From contig NC_092673.1 in assembly GCF_964355755.1 (NCBI RefSeq), forward strand, positions 35,771,648 to 35,835,647: 64,000 nucleotides of DNA, in the 5' to 3' direction. The stretch's first letter is position 1; each line of letters begins with the position of its first letter. Source of the stretch: Antedon mediterranea. Its lineage: Eukaryota > Animalia > Echinodermata. The notes under the pieces are model-generated. The model worked only from the letters and a program-made list of their open reading frames with translations. It was not told the origin of the DNA and did not search any database. The position numbers were made by a program, and so were the translations under genes. Below, piece after piece: positions 39,440-53,300 of this stretch.

Positions 39440-39961
39440 TTAGTTTCAAATCAAGACTTTTCAAACAATCTCTGCTATGTAGTCTTATATTTTACATTTA
39501 TATTAAACATAGGCCCCTACATCAAAAAAGCCTTATTATGCCTATGAATAAACATTAAATACAGAATTGTACGTTAGACTATTTATATCATTTAGTAAGG
39601 ATTCAGACCTAAGACATCTACACTTAGCTGTGTCCTTGACTTTAATTTGTTTAGAAAACAAAGTAATTTTTACATTTAATACGTCACATGCATTTACGAT
39701 TGCATCTAACAAGATTATAGTAATTTAACATCACACCGAATGCAAGTGATGAATAAATCTAGCATTTCTTAGGTTGTTCAAAGTAAAATGTGTAGATTTT
39801 AAAAGTAGTAGAGTGATGTTACTATGACACATTTTAATCAGAAGCCACTTGGAGCAGTGAGGTATATTTTTTCAAGATCAACTGTGATCAACAAATGCCA
39901 ACTTTTAAGCCACTGACAACTTGGCTATTAAACTATCAATTCAATTTATTTATTTTCCAGA

Positions 39962-40115
39962 AAGACTGTGGTTCTGGCGGTAGAATGAGTCTTCTCGGAT
40001 AAGGACTATAAACCGTAGGTCCAGTGTACATATCTAGTTCATTTTTTGAGACGAGTAGGGGGTTACCCGGTACTAGTACATCACAGCCACTGATCATAAC
40101 TGGGCCCTCTGGGAC
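39962..40115 (+). mobile_element. SINE fragment with a Deu/Nin-like central domain
   Basis: CTCGGATAAGGACTATAAACCGTAGGTCC and GAGTAGGGGGTTACCCGGT resemble the Deu-domain consensus as I recall it; not aligned. Confidence 0.45.
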
Positions 40116-40761
40116 TGAAGATGTTGCTCAATATAAATAAATAATAACAATATTATATGGACCAGAGACTCTAAAAAAAAAAATTGAATTGAAAATACAA
40201 ATAATATATGAAAAATAACTGGTATATTGTTGTAGAAAAGAGAAATCACTGTAAACTTCTAACGCTGAACAATTACCAAAAAAACACAAAAACTGAAACA
40301 GGTAAGATGAGTCTAATGCAAGCATATCAGTGGAGTCACTATTTATTAATGTTAATGTGGAATTGGGGGATTGAGACAAATATGCACTCCTACTAGTACT
40401 ACATTGGGTTTAATGTCACAAAATATGTACTCCTACATAGGGTTTAATGTCACAAAATATTCACCTCTATTTGTAACCAGAGTATCAAAATGTTATTTTA
40501 AATAAATTATTTATGACCAACCACTAACATCATGTAGCATAATATGTATTCATATTATCCATTTTATGTCATATTCACTGTAATAAAATACTTTATAAAT
40601 GCTAATTTTACAAATCATTGACGATGTTGTATTGCTTTTGCAAATTATAATTTCTTCTACATCCAATTTATAAACCTAATCTTGCGTTTGTTATTGCTAT
40701 TGAATGGATGACGTAATTACCAAGAAAAACTATTAAGTACTATTGTGAAAGCTATCACTAA

Positions 40762-40906
40762 AGCCTTGTCTACACTACTAAACAAACAAAAATGTGTCCA
40801 TGGACATGATGATGTCATATCACTACCATATTTAGAAATATCGCCACCATATTTGGGCAAATCACATTTTTTTTTGTCAAACTAGTTTGATAGTGTAGAC
40901 AGAGCT
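40762..40906. mobile_element. MITE family A, full length; its right end seeds a tandem array
   Basis: Both TIRs; the right TIR is reiterated in the following 48-bp array. Confidence 0.82.
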
Positions 40907-41227
40907 TAAGAAGTACACATCAATGGAAGCCAGTTTGATAGTGTAGACAGAGCTTAAGAAGTACACATCAATGGAAGCCAGTTTGATAGTGTAGACAGAG
41001 CTTAAGAAGTACACATCAATGGAAGCCAGTTTGATAGTGTAGACAGAGCTTAAGAAGTACACATCAATGGAAGCCAGTTTGATAGTGTAGACAGAGCTTA
41101 AGAAGTACACATCAATGGAAGCCAGTTTGATAGTGTAGACAGAGCTTAAGAAGTACACATCAATGGAAGCCAGTTTGATAGTGTAGACAGAGCTTAAGAA
41201 GTACACATCAATGGAAGCCAGTTTGAT
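40884..41227. repeat. 48-bp tandem array, 7 copies, made of a MITE terminus plus flank
   Basis: Unit AGTTTGATAGTGTAGACAGAGCTTAAGAAGTACACATCAATGGAAGCC. Confidence 0.95.
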
Positions 41228-41344
41228 TATATCAACATTCAGTGAAAACGTTATTTATTTTAAAAACAAAGATTCATCATGAAATGGATAAGTTAAGCAT
41301 CTACTTACAGAAAATGTTGTCTAATGTTGTTACTATGCGACAGG

Positions 41345-44300
41345 TCAACTATTGCACAATAATGCTTCTTGTATCACCTTTATGGTCAACGTCTCTGGTT
41401 GCAATGCATGCTGGGTGAGAGTGAACGGTCCATGCTCTGTGCGGATTAGGTGGGTCATATGAGCACTGGTACCTAAAGCTAAAGATGAAAATATTTCTAA
41501 ACATCATTTTCCTGTTTGTCTATTTAGATTCTTATTCAATTCAAACCAATTAAACAAGAGTTTCAAAGCAATTTAGACAATTAGTGAGGCTGGTATAAAA
41601 ATACTTAAATATAAATAATAATTTAAATATTAACAAAGGTGCATATTTCCAAACATCATTTTTCGTTGTCTATTTAGATTCTTTGAAAAATAAACAAGCA
41701 CGAATGTGCGATACTCGGGGTACAGCAAAAGAAGCTGTAATGACGTCATAAGACGGGATGTGACGTCACATACACACCTTTTGAGGGTCCCTAATGATCA
41801 GCTGATGCTGGATGGACTACCCTCATAAAATATTGTTGAAATAAATAAAATAAATCAATAACCTTGCTACCAAATACGGCTATACGGTACCATCTTCGGC
41901 TATACGGTACCATCTTCGGTTATACGGTACCATCTTCGAGACATCATATGGGTCCGGTTTAAAATAAAAAATCTGGCTCTATGTCCCTGTAGTATATTCA
42001 TGCCAAATCCCAGCTCAATACTACAACGAATAAGGGAGGAGTAGTACTTTATAAATCGCACTTTTTACTCAATAGTGTCGGATGGAAGAGGAGAAAATGA
42101 GAGAGTCCTAGACTCCTAGGTACCCTGAGTAAAAACTTATTCAAGCAGTTTGAAACAAATTTGGACAATTAGTGAGGCTGTGGTATTAACATAGCAAAGG
42201 TGCATTTTTACTCGGGGTCGGTACCCAATTCTAGGACTCTCCTCCTCCTCTTCTTCCTCCATCTGGACACTATTGAGTAAAAAGTGCGATTTTTAAAGTA
42301 CTACTCCCCCCTTATTCGTTGTAGTATTGAGCTGGGATTGGCATGAATATACTACAGGCACATGACCTCAAAGCTATAGAGCCGGATTTTTTATTTTCAA
42401 ACCGGATGCAGCTATATGACGTCTCGAGTATCGCACATTCTTGCTTTTTTGTTTGTTAATTTGTTTAATTAAGAAGCCACAATGCGTGACACACACACAG
42501 CGTCATGTAGTTATATGCGGAATCTTGGCGTAGTGGTTATCACGTTTGCTTAACACGCAGAAGGTGCCCGGTTCGACGAGCCCGGGTGAAACCTTTTTTT
42601 TAAAACTTTATGGTGAAAAGTACTGTATACGCAATATGATAATTATACACAGTATATCTTATTTTTATTATTTTTTTACATACTTATTTTGTGTAATCGG
42701 TAATTATAACTTTTACACATGTTTATTTTGCTTTGTGCTTATTACCATATTTATTTGTAATGTAAATGGATAAAAAAACTTTGTGTAACCCACATTTTTG
42801 GTGTAAGAGGTTTCGTAGTGTGGTGATTATCAAGCCTGTTTAACACGCAGAAGGTTCCTGGTATGAGCCATGGGGAAACCTATTTTTCTTTAACTTTATG
42901 GTAAAATATACTGTATACGTAATATGATATAGAGTATATCTCGTTTTATTACTCGGGGTACCTGAGTCTAGGACTCTCTCATCTTTTCCTCTTCTTCTTC
43001 TTCCATCCGTACACTATTGAGTAAAAAGTGCGATTTATAAAGTACTACTCCTGCCATTCGTTGTAGTATTGAGCTGGGATTTGGCATGAATATACCACAG
43101 GGACATGTCCTCAAAGCTATAGAGACAGATTTTAAAATTTCAAACCGGATGCAGCTATTTTACGCCTCGAAGATGGTACGGTATAGCCGTATTTGGTAGC
43201 GAGGTTATTGATGTGTATGTGACGTTACATCCGGTCTTATGACGTCATTACAGCTTCTTTTTCTGTACCCCGAGTATCGCACATTCGTGCTTGTTTGGAT
43301 TTGTTTGTTGTTAGATAAGATTCTTTTCATTCATTCATTCATAATAACATTTATTTCTTATCATTTCAAAGATTGCTAAGCCCTGATGAGATTTGTTTTA
43401 ATTTTTAACCAAGTAAAAAAGGAAATCATATTTAAATATTATAGTAATATTAACCAATTGAATATTCATATCATAATGTCAATAGACAGTAAAAAAAAAA
43501 GAATGTCAAAATTTCACTCTTTTAGCCTCGTGTAAGTTTAAGATACACTCGCTTTAACTGCAGGATACAAATCTTATACAATAACTAAACAATTTATAAT
43601 ATTTCAATTTTGTTCTTTAACATTTTGAAAAGCATCTTGTTTGATAATACTTTTCTATTATAAAATGTAGATTTTTAAAATGTACTTCTGGCAATAAGCA
43701 AAAACATGAACATTTTTAGAAATTCATCTTATACATATTTCTTATTTTATAGTCAAAAACTCATTTTGTAATCTTAAATGTTTCGATAGAGCACAATTAA
43801 TTGATTAATCTATCATAAGAATTTAATCTATCTGCTAAGGTTAAAAATGGCAACTAATATTTCATATAAAAATTATTTTACATAATAGTAATTACTTATA
43901 GACGAAAGAGGGAATGGCTACTCTATCAATCAAACCTACATTTTCCAAGATCGTGAATTAAACTTCTGACATAAAAGCCACCACCGCAGTGAAGAGCTGA
44001 AAAGAGGTAATAAAGAGAGATAATATAACAAAATACTATGGACAATTTCATGTATAGTAAATATAAATTATAAGGGCCACAAAAGGTGCTTTCTTAACAG
44101 AATATTGAATTTGCAGAGGAGAAACTAGTTCACCAAAAGCATATATACAAATAGTCTCAACGAACAGTAAGGCAAATTCTGAGTTTGTATTATTACATTA
44201 TATCTTGAGAACTAAGTCTTTTACATTATATCTTGAGAACTAAGTCTTTTACATTATATCTTGAGAACTAAGTCTTTTACATTATATCTTGAGAACTAAG

Positions 44301-47300
44301 TCTTTTACATTATATCTTGAGAACTAAGTCTTTTACATTATATCTTGAGAACTAAGTCTTTTACATTATATCTTGAGAACTAAGTCTTTTACATTATATC
44401 TTGAGAACTAAGTCTTTTACATTATATCTTGAGAACTAAGTCTTTTACATTATATCTTGAGAACTAAGTCTTTTACATTATATCTTGAGAACTAAGTCTT
44501 TTACATTATATCTTGAGAACTAAGTCTTTTACATTATATCTTGAGAACTAAGTCTTTTACATTATATCTTGAGAACTAAGTCTTTTACATTATATCTTGA
44601 GAACTAAGTCTTTTACATTATATCTTGAGAACTAAGTCTTTTACATTATATCTTGAGAACTAAGTCTTTTACATTATATCTTGAGAACTAAGTCTTTTAC
44701 ATTATATCTTGAGAACTAAGTCTTTTACATTATATCTTGAGAACTAAGTCTTTTACATTATATCTTGAGAACTAAGTCTTTTACATTATATCTTGAGAAC
44801 TAAGTCTTTTACATTATATCTTGAGAACTAAGTCTTTTACATTATATCTTGAGAACTAAGTCTTTTACATTATATCTTGAGAACTAAGTCTTTTACATTA
44901 TATCTTGAGAACTAAGTCTTTTACATTATATCTTGAGAACTAAGTCTTAAAAATAAGGAGAGTTTATAAAATAAGGAGAGTTTATTTTTTTATGTTTTAA
45001 GTTGACTGTACTCTTGTAAATATATAAACTTATTATAATTACCATAAATGTACAATATTGAATAATTATATAACAAGTAATTTTTAACATTTTATCAGAG
45101 AATTGTGTTGTTTTTATGTTGTTATAGTGCAATTTCTGTGTATTTTTACTGTTTTATTCATATAGTTATATGTAATGATGATATGCCAGTTTTTCAAAAC
45201 AAATTTCTGTTATTTCCTTTTTAATGGACAAAATAAAGATAATATGACTACTATTACTTATTATTATCAATATTTCTTTATGGTGAAATTTACAAAAAGG
45301 TACTTTAAACAGAGGGGTTGAAATTGTATATTATATTATTTCAATCAAACCTTTTGTTATTGGATATATGTATCCCTGAGTCATTTACACTATAAATTTA
45401 TAATGTGTACGTTAAAACGGAAATTTCTAATTTCATTTAAGTCACTTGGGTAATTGAAAGGAAAATCCAATTAGCAATAAACATACATGATTAAATTATG
45501 GATCATAAAGGTAATTTTTGATGCAATAAATGAAGGCAATATGCAACTTACTAAGGTTGAATTGAGGTGAACTGAAATGTGTACACTCTAAGCTGTGAAC
45601 TGTGACAGGTCTGGCTGGCTTAGGATCTACATGCTGCCCTCTATGGGCAAGATCAGACATTCTCTTTCCATTTAATTTAAGAGCTGAGTAACTGAAATAA
45701 AACATATATTTACATTTACACCGAGTCGAGCGGTTAACCCTTTCACTGCGGAGCATTATTCCCACCTCTGTGCGTAATGTATATTTAAGAAAAACATATG
45801 GTATTTTAATAAATTGCAAAAAAATACTAATTGAGATAATTGTGTAATTATTTTTGTGGTGTGTGATGGGCAAAGGGTTAGTCTACAGTTAGGTATAAAA
45901 AAAAAAGTAATTTGCATATTGATGACGTCATGTGCCGTCATTACAGGTATTTTGGATTTCGTGTTTTTTATCGAATCAATGATAAAAACTATTTATTTGC
46001 GTGTTGTGATAAATACAATGTTGCCCTATTGGGGCTGGTAAATTTTGGTTACTTTCAAAATGGCCGCCATTACGCTACTCAAAACAACTTTCCAAGATAG
46101 AATACTATTATATACACTATACTATATATAATATAACTATAGAGGGCGCATGTTTTTCAAGACAATAATACAGCTATAGAGGGCCGTTTTTTTTGCTGGA
46201 AAAATTTTTTAATGACTTGCAAAAATATTCAAGTTCATCGAACAAATATAGAGGGTGCTATATATTATAGGCAAATACGATTAAATCATTGTTTTGCCCA
46301 TACCCGGTATTACCGGGTATACGCACTTCAACGACATTTGTTTATACCCGGTAGTACCGGGTATACGCAGTGAAAGGGTTAAGGCAGAGGCTTTGCAAAC
46401 CACAACCATAATATTAGTATTTTCCTTGACCATGTTCAGGTAGTCAAGCACTGTTTAGTGACAGCTCGACACACAGGGTAATGAAAGCTATGTGATATTC
46501 ATCTACTGTTTTTTGGATGTATAAAGCATATTATCAATATATATATTATACTATATATAAGATCATTCAATACACCTCCTTCCCCCACTATGACATTAAA
46601 ACATTGCAGAAATTGTTAGTAATTTGATGTCAACAACTTACATTGGTGGCACTTGTAGAATATTGCCTCTAAATGTCTCCAACGCTTTTTCCAAATCTTC
46701 TCTACTTACATGAGCTAGAAAAAATCATATTAAATATTTTTTTATTTCATTTTTCACTTCATACGTATCCAACAGCGAGCACAAACTCACCAATTCCAGG
46801 ATTGATAAACTATTTTATAATTTACCTCCGCCAAGGAGGTATATGTAATCGGTCGTGTGTGTTTGTTTGTTTGTTTGTTAGCAGGATTACTCAAAAAGAA
46901 ATTACAAGATCTTTACCAAAATAAACCACTGGACCACCCTTTAGTATACTTTTCAGACCTGCTAGTGTTAAAAGATAGTAAAGAATTTTTCAAAGCCCTC
47001 GAGCAGTCTTAAAGTAAACTGAAATTGCATTTTCTCGAGAACTACTTGTCCAAAAAACTTCATTTTTGTACAAGAGGCAAGAGTTACTATTTGTGATTTG
47101 TAATTTTAAAACATCATTTGATTTAATGTGCAGAGAAGAGAAGAGAGTTTAAAAAACCTATTTCTTTTGAAATTCACTCGTTTGATTTTTGTGTTGCTGT
47201 TCTATTGTTAGTCAACTGAAGTTATTGTTAATTGAAAGGCTTGTTACATAACCATTACACCAAACTCGCATACACATGCTTGTAGTGAAATTAGCCTAAA

Positions 47301-50300
47301 TCACAAACATCATTAACGCCCGTATTCTTAAACCGAACTTCAGTCGTAGTTCGAAGTTCAACTTGAAATAGTCCTAGTTCGAGCTATTACTTCAAATTCG
47401 ATTCATAAAAGAAGTAGTCAAAGTTTGCAGTTCAACTTAATGAAGTCGAGCTGTTAGTCGAGTTGCACACGTCTGGGTAACAAAGGCTATACATTGGCCA
47501 ATGACAAGAGAGTATTTGAGGAGCAGACGAAATTTTGCGCATTGATATCACTTTCCATTTTCTTACAAACTTTTTACGCATCAGGACTATATACATGAAA
47601 AATAATTGTAATCGTTTATTAGAACAAGATCAGTATTAGTTTAACAGTGAAGTACTTTTGATTAACAACAAACAAAATCTTTAAAATATATTTAGGAACC
47701 ATGGCAGTATGGTAACTTTTATATTTTCTAGGCCTCCAACAAAGTATGATAGCGACAAATCACATACTTCATAGCGTGACAAGAAAGCGCTAGCCCCCCT
47801 AAACATTCTATCGCATGGTGAGTTTCCGCATCTGCCATTGTCGCTATGGCATGACGTAGTTAAGTCGGACTTACGTGAGAAAAATAATGTAATTTGTATA
47901 CGGTTGTATATAAACATGATTAGCATTATTATAACATATACTAATGTATATTTAATTAAGCTAATATAAAAACAATGAATGTTACATTTTTTATAAACCT
48001 CGTTTAAATACCATTTAGTCGACGATTTAGCCTGCCCCCTCGAGGACTAAAAAAATCGATCAAAATCTATCTCGATTTAGTCAAGGTTGGCCTGATTTAG
48101 TCGCCGATTTAGTTGAAGTTCGGTTTATGAATTAAAATGACGTCATTTTAAAAGTTTTAGCTCAAACTACGACTAAAGTCCGGTTTAAGAATACGGGCGT
48201 AAGACACACACAAATATATCACATTTTTATGTCACATAAAGTTTAATAGTGTACAGTAGACAGAGCCTAAAAGATAAAACCTCACATAAGTGTATTTGCT
48301 TACAATATGAATGAGAACACACAACTGTTCCTGATGAATCATAAGTATTTGTTGCAGACCCTAAGCAACCAATTGCTTCATATTTCTGAAAATATAACAA
48401 AACATAACCGGATACATAATGCAGATTCATCCTCTAACAAAATCCAGAAAACTGAAAAAAAAAATTTTTATAGAGAGTAATCCCTATTCAAGGACGCTCA
48501 TATTAATTATATATTGGGTCACTCCATCAATCAATCAATCAATCAAAATCAATTTATTCCTGGTACAAACATGTAATCAAAAAGTTATGAAAAAGGGAAC
48601 TCAAAATAAGCCCCTTAAAAAACAATAAGGTAATAAGAAGTTATTAATATCAATAACAATAATAACATGGTTTTAACATGGCTGAAATGGTTTCACAATA
48701 CTTTGGCAAGACACACATTTGGAACGCAACAAAGTGTCCCCTTAAACACCACTAGGGGTTGCCCGTAGTGTGTATACATACAGTACATGTTTTCCACCTG
48801 TATAGTGTGGGGTGTCCCCTGTATAGTGTTGGTGTCCCCTGTAACAACTCTATATGGATGTCCCAAAGGTGCTTTATAATGTAATGGAAATGTCTATACA
48901 CTCACCTTATTCCCTTTAAGAACTTGTGTTAGATTTTTCGTTGCTGAACCAATTCCAAGAACCAATACGCCCTCTGCGTTTTTATCCAGCGTTCCACCAT
49001 GACCTATTTTGAATTGTCTTCTAATACCAAGAGGTAATGCTTCACTGATTTCTATTAATTTAATGATCAATACAGTAAATGTAAATTCATACAGACATAT
49101 GGTTTGCCTAAGCAAAAAAAATCAATGAATAGGATTGCTCTTGACAAGTGTTCAACCCTTTCATTTCATTTTTTCATTTCTTTATTCGACAACAAGCGGT
49201 CCAGGGGTTGCGACAGCAACAGAGCGCCATAACACATTTGTGTCCGCAACCCCTGTAACATACAACTTAATACAAGTTAAAAATGAATATAAAATATACA
49301 GAATATATAAAAAATGTAATTAATTTTTATTACTGTGTTACCAATTCCTCTTTTAATCAACACCCCAGTGGCGTAACACCCCAGTGGCGTAACACCCCAG
49401 TGGCGTAACACCCCAGTGGCGTAACACCCCAGTGGCGTAACACCCCAGTGGCGTAACACCCCAGTGGCGTAACACCCCAGTGGCGTAACACCCCAGTGGC
49501 GTAACACCCCAGTGGCGTAACACCCCAGTGGCGTAACACCCCAGTGGCGTAACACCCCAGTGGCGTAACACCCCAGTGGCGTAACACCCCAGTGGCGTAA
49601 CACAGGTGGAAAATGCCCCTGGCACTCCTAAGGGGCCTTCCAATGTTGGGTAGTTGCATTGCAGCTGTTCATGCTCTGGGCCCCTGGTTTAGCACTCCTA
49701 AGGGGCCCTCCAATGTTGGGTAGTTGCATTGGGGCTGTTCATGCTCTGGGCCCCTGGTTTAGCACTCCTAAGGGGCCCTCCAATGTTGGGTAGTTGCATT
49801 GGGGCTGTTCATGCTCTGGGCCCCTGGTTTAGCACTCCTAAGGGGCCCTCCAATGTTGGGTAGTTACATTGGGGCTGTTCATGCTCTGGGGCCCTGGTTT
49901 AGCACTCCTAAGGGGCCCTCCAATGTTGGGTAGTTGCATTGGGGCTGTTCATGCTCTGGGGCCCTGGTTTAACACTCCTAAGGGGCCCTCCAATGTTGGG
50001 TAGTTGCATTGGGGCTGTTCATGCTCTGGGCCCCTGGTTTAGCACTCCTAAGGGGCCCTCCAATGTTGGGTAGTTGCATTGGGGCTGTTCATGCTCTGGG
50101 GCCCTGGTTTAACACTCCTAAGGGGCCCTCCAATGTTGGGTAGTTGCATTGGGGCTGTTCATGCTCTGGGCCCCTGGTTTAGCACTCCTAAGGGGCCCTC
50201 CAATGTTGGGTAGTTGCATTGGGGCTGTTCATGCTCTGGGCCCCTGGTTTAGCACTCCTAAGGGGCCTTCCAATGCTGGGTAGTTGCAATGGGGCTGTTC

Positions 50301-53300
50301 ATGCTCTGGGGCCCTGGTTTAGCACTCCTAAGGGGCCCTCCAATGTTGGGTAGTTACATTGGGGCTGTTCATGCTCTGGCCCCTGGTTTAGCACTCCTAA
50401 GGGGCCCTCCAATGTTGGGTAGTTGCAATGGGGCTGTTCATGCTCTGGGCCCCTGGTTTAGCACTCCTAAGGGGCCCTCCAATGTTGGGTAGTTGCATTG
50501 GGGCTGTTCATGCTCTGGGCCCCTGGTTTAGCACTCCTAAGGGGCCCTCCAATGTTGGGTAGTTACATTGGGGCTGTTCATGCTCTGGCCCCTGGTTTAG
50601 CACTCCTAAGGGGCCCTCCAATGTTGGGCAGTTGCATTGGGGCTGTTCATGCTCTGGCCCCTGGTTTAGCACTCCTAAGGGGCCCTCCAATGTTGGGCAG
50701 TTGCATTGGGGCTGTTCATGCTCTGGCCCCTGGTTTAGCACTCCTAAGGGGCCCTCCAATGTTGGGCAGTTGCATTGCGGCTGTTCATGCTCTGGGCCCC
50801 TGGTTTAGCACTCCTAAGGGGCCCTCCAATGTTGGGTAGTTGCATTGGGGCTGTTCATGCTCTGGGGCCCTGGTTTAGCACTCCTAAGGGGCCCTCCAAT
50901 GTTGGGTAGCTGCATTGGGGCTGTTCATGCTCTGGGCCCCTGGTTTAGCACTCCTAAGGGGCCCTCCAATGTTGGGTAGTTGCATTGGGGCTGTTCATGC
51001 TCTGGGCCCCTGGTTTAGCACTCCTAAGGGGCCCTCCAATGTTGGGTAGTTGCATTGGGGCTGTTCATGCTCTGGCCCCTGGTTTAGCACTCCTAAGGGG
51101 CCCTCCAATGTTGGGTAGTTGCATTGGGGCTGTTCATGCTCTGGGCCCCTGGTTTAGCACTCCTAAGGGGCCCTCCAATGTTGGGTAGTTACATTGGGGC
51201 TGTTCATGCTCTGGGCCCCTGGTTTAGCACTCCTAAGGGGCCCTCCAATGTTGGGTAGTTGCATTGGGGCTGTTCATGCTCTGGCCCCTGGTTTAGCACT
51301 CCTAAGGGGCCCTCCAATGTTGGGTAGTTGCATTGGGGCTGTTCATGCTCTGGCCCCTGGTTTAGCACTCCTAAGGGGCCCTCCAATGTTGGGCAGTTGC
51401 ATTGGGGCTGTTCATGCTCTGGGCCCCTGGTTTAGCACTCCTAAGGGGCCCTCCAATGTTGGGTAGTTGCATTGGGGCTGTTCATGCTCTGGGCCCCTGG
51501 TTTAGCACTCCTAAGGGGCCCTCCAATGTTGGGTAGTTGCATTGGGGCTGTTCATGCTCTGGGCCCCTGGTTTAGCACTCCTAAGGGGCCTTCCAATGTT
51601 GGGTAGTTGCATTGCGGCTGTTCATGCTCTGGGCCCCTGGTTTAGCACTCCTAAGGGGCCCTCCAATGTTGGGTAGTTGCATTGGGGCTGTTCATGCTCT
51701 GGGCCCCTGGTTTAGCACTCCTAAGGGGCCCTCCAATGTTTGGTAGTTGCATTGGGGCTGTTCATGCTCTGGGCCCCTGGTTTAGCACTCCTAAGGGGCC
51801 CTCCAATGTTGGGTAGTTACATTGGGGCTGTTCATGCTCTGGGGCCCTGGTTTAGCACTCCTAAGGGGCCCTCCAATGTTGGGTAGTTACATTGGGGCTG
51901 TTCATGCTCTGGGCCCCTGGTTTAGCACTCCTAAGGGGCCCTCCAATGTTGGGCAGTTGCATTGCGGCTGTTCATGCTCTGGGCCCCTGGTTTAGCACTC
52001 CTAAGGGGCCTTCCAATGCTGGGTAGTTGCAATGGGGCTGTTCATGCTCTGGGGCCCTGGTTTAGCACTCCTAAGGGGCCCTCCAATGTTGGGTAGTTAC
52101 ATTGGGGCTGTTCATGCTCTGGCCCCTGGTTTAGCACTCCTAAGGGGCCCTCCAATGTTGGGCAGTTGCATTGGGGCTGTTCATGCTCTGGCCCCTGGTT
52201 TAGCACTCCTAAGGGGCCCTCCAATGTTGGGCAGTTGCATTGCGGCTGTTCATGCTCTGGGCCCCTGGTTTAGCACTCCTAAGGGGCCCTCCAATGTTGG
52301 GTAGTTGCATTGGGGCTGTTCATGCTCTGGGCCCCTGGTTTAGCACTCCTAAGGGGCCCTCCAATGTTGGGTAGTTACATTGGGGCTGTTCATGCTCTGG
52401 CCCCTGGTTTAGCACTCCTAAGGGGCCCTCCAATGTTGGGTAGTTGCATTGGGGCTGTTCATGCTCTGGGCCCCTGGTTTAGCACTCCTAAGGGGCCCTC
52501 CAATGTTGGGTAGTTGCAATGGGGCTGTTCATGCTCTGGGGCCCTGGTTTAGCACTCCTAAGGGGCCCTCCAATGTTGGGTAGTTGCATTGGGGCTGTTC
52601 ATGCTCTGGGCCCCTGGTTTAGCACTCCTAAGGGGCCCTCCAATGTTGGGTAGTTGCATTGGGGCTGTTCATGCTCTGGGGCCCTGGTTTAGCACTCCTA
52701 AGGGGCCCTCCAATGTTGGGTAGTTGCATTGGGGCTGTTCATGCTCTGGGCCCCTGGTTTAGCACTCCTAAGGGGCCCTCCAATGTTTGGTAGTTGCATT
52801 GGGGCTGTTCATGCTCTGGGCCCCTGGTTTAGCACTCCTAAGGGGCCCTCCAATGTTTGGTAGTTGCATTGGGGCTGTTCATGCTCTGGGCCCCTGGTTT
52901 AGCACTCCTAAGGGGCCCTCCAATGTTGGGTAGTTGCATTGGGGCTGTTCATGCTCTGGGCCCCTGGTTTAGCACTCCTAAGGGGCCCTCCAATGTTTGG
53001 TAGTTGCATTGGGGCTGTTCATGCTCTGGGCCCCTGGTTTAGCACTCCTAAGGGGCCCTCCAATGTTGGGTAGTTACATTGGGGCTGTTCATGCTCTGGG
53101 CCCCTGGTTTAGCACTCCTAAGGGGCCCTCCAATGTTGGGCAGTTGCATTGCGGCTGTTCATGCTCTGGGCCCCTGGTTTAGCACTCCTAAGGGGCCCTC
53201 CAATGTTGGGCAGTTGCATTGCGGCTGTTCATGCTCTGGGCCCCTGGTTTAGCACTCCTAAGGGGCCTTCCAATGCTGGGTAGTTGCAATGGGGCTGTTC

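Noticed and set aside
42519-42881. Functional tRNA-Val genes
   Set aside because: Acceptor, D and T arms carry multiple disruptive changes, so they are reported as pseudogenes.
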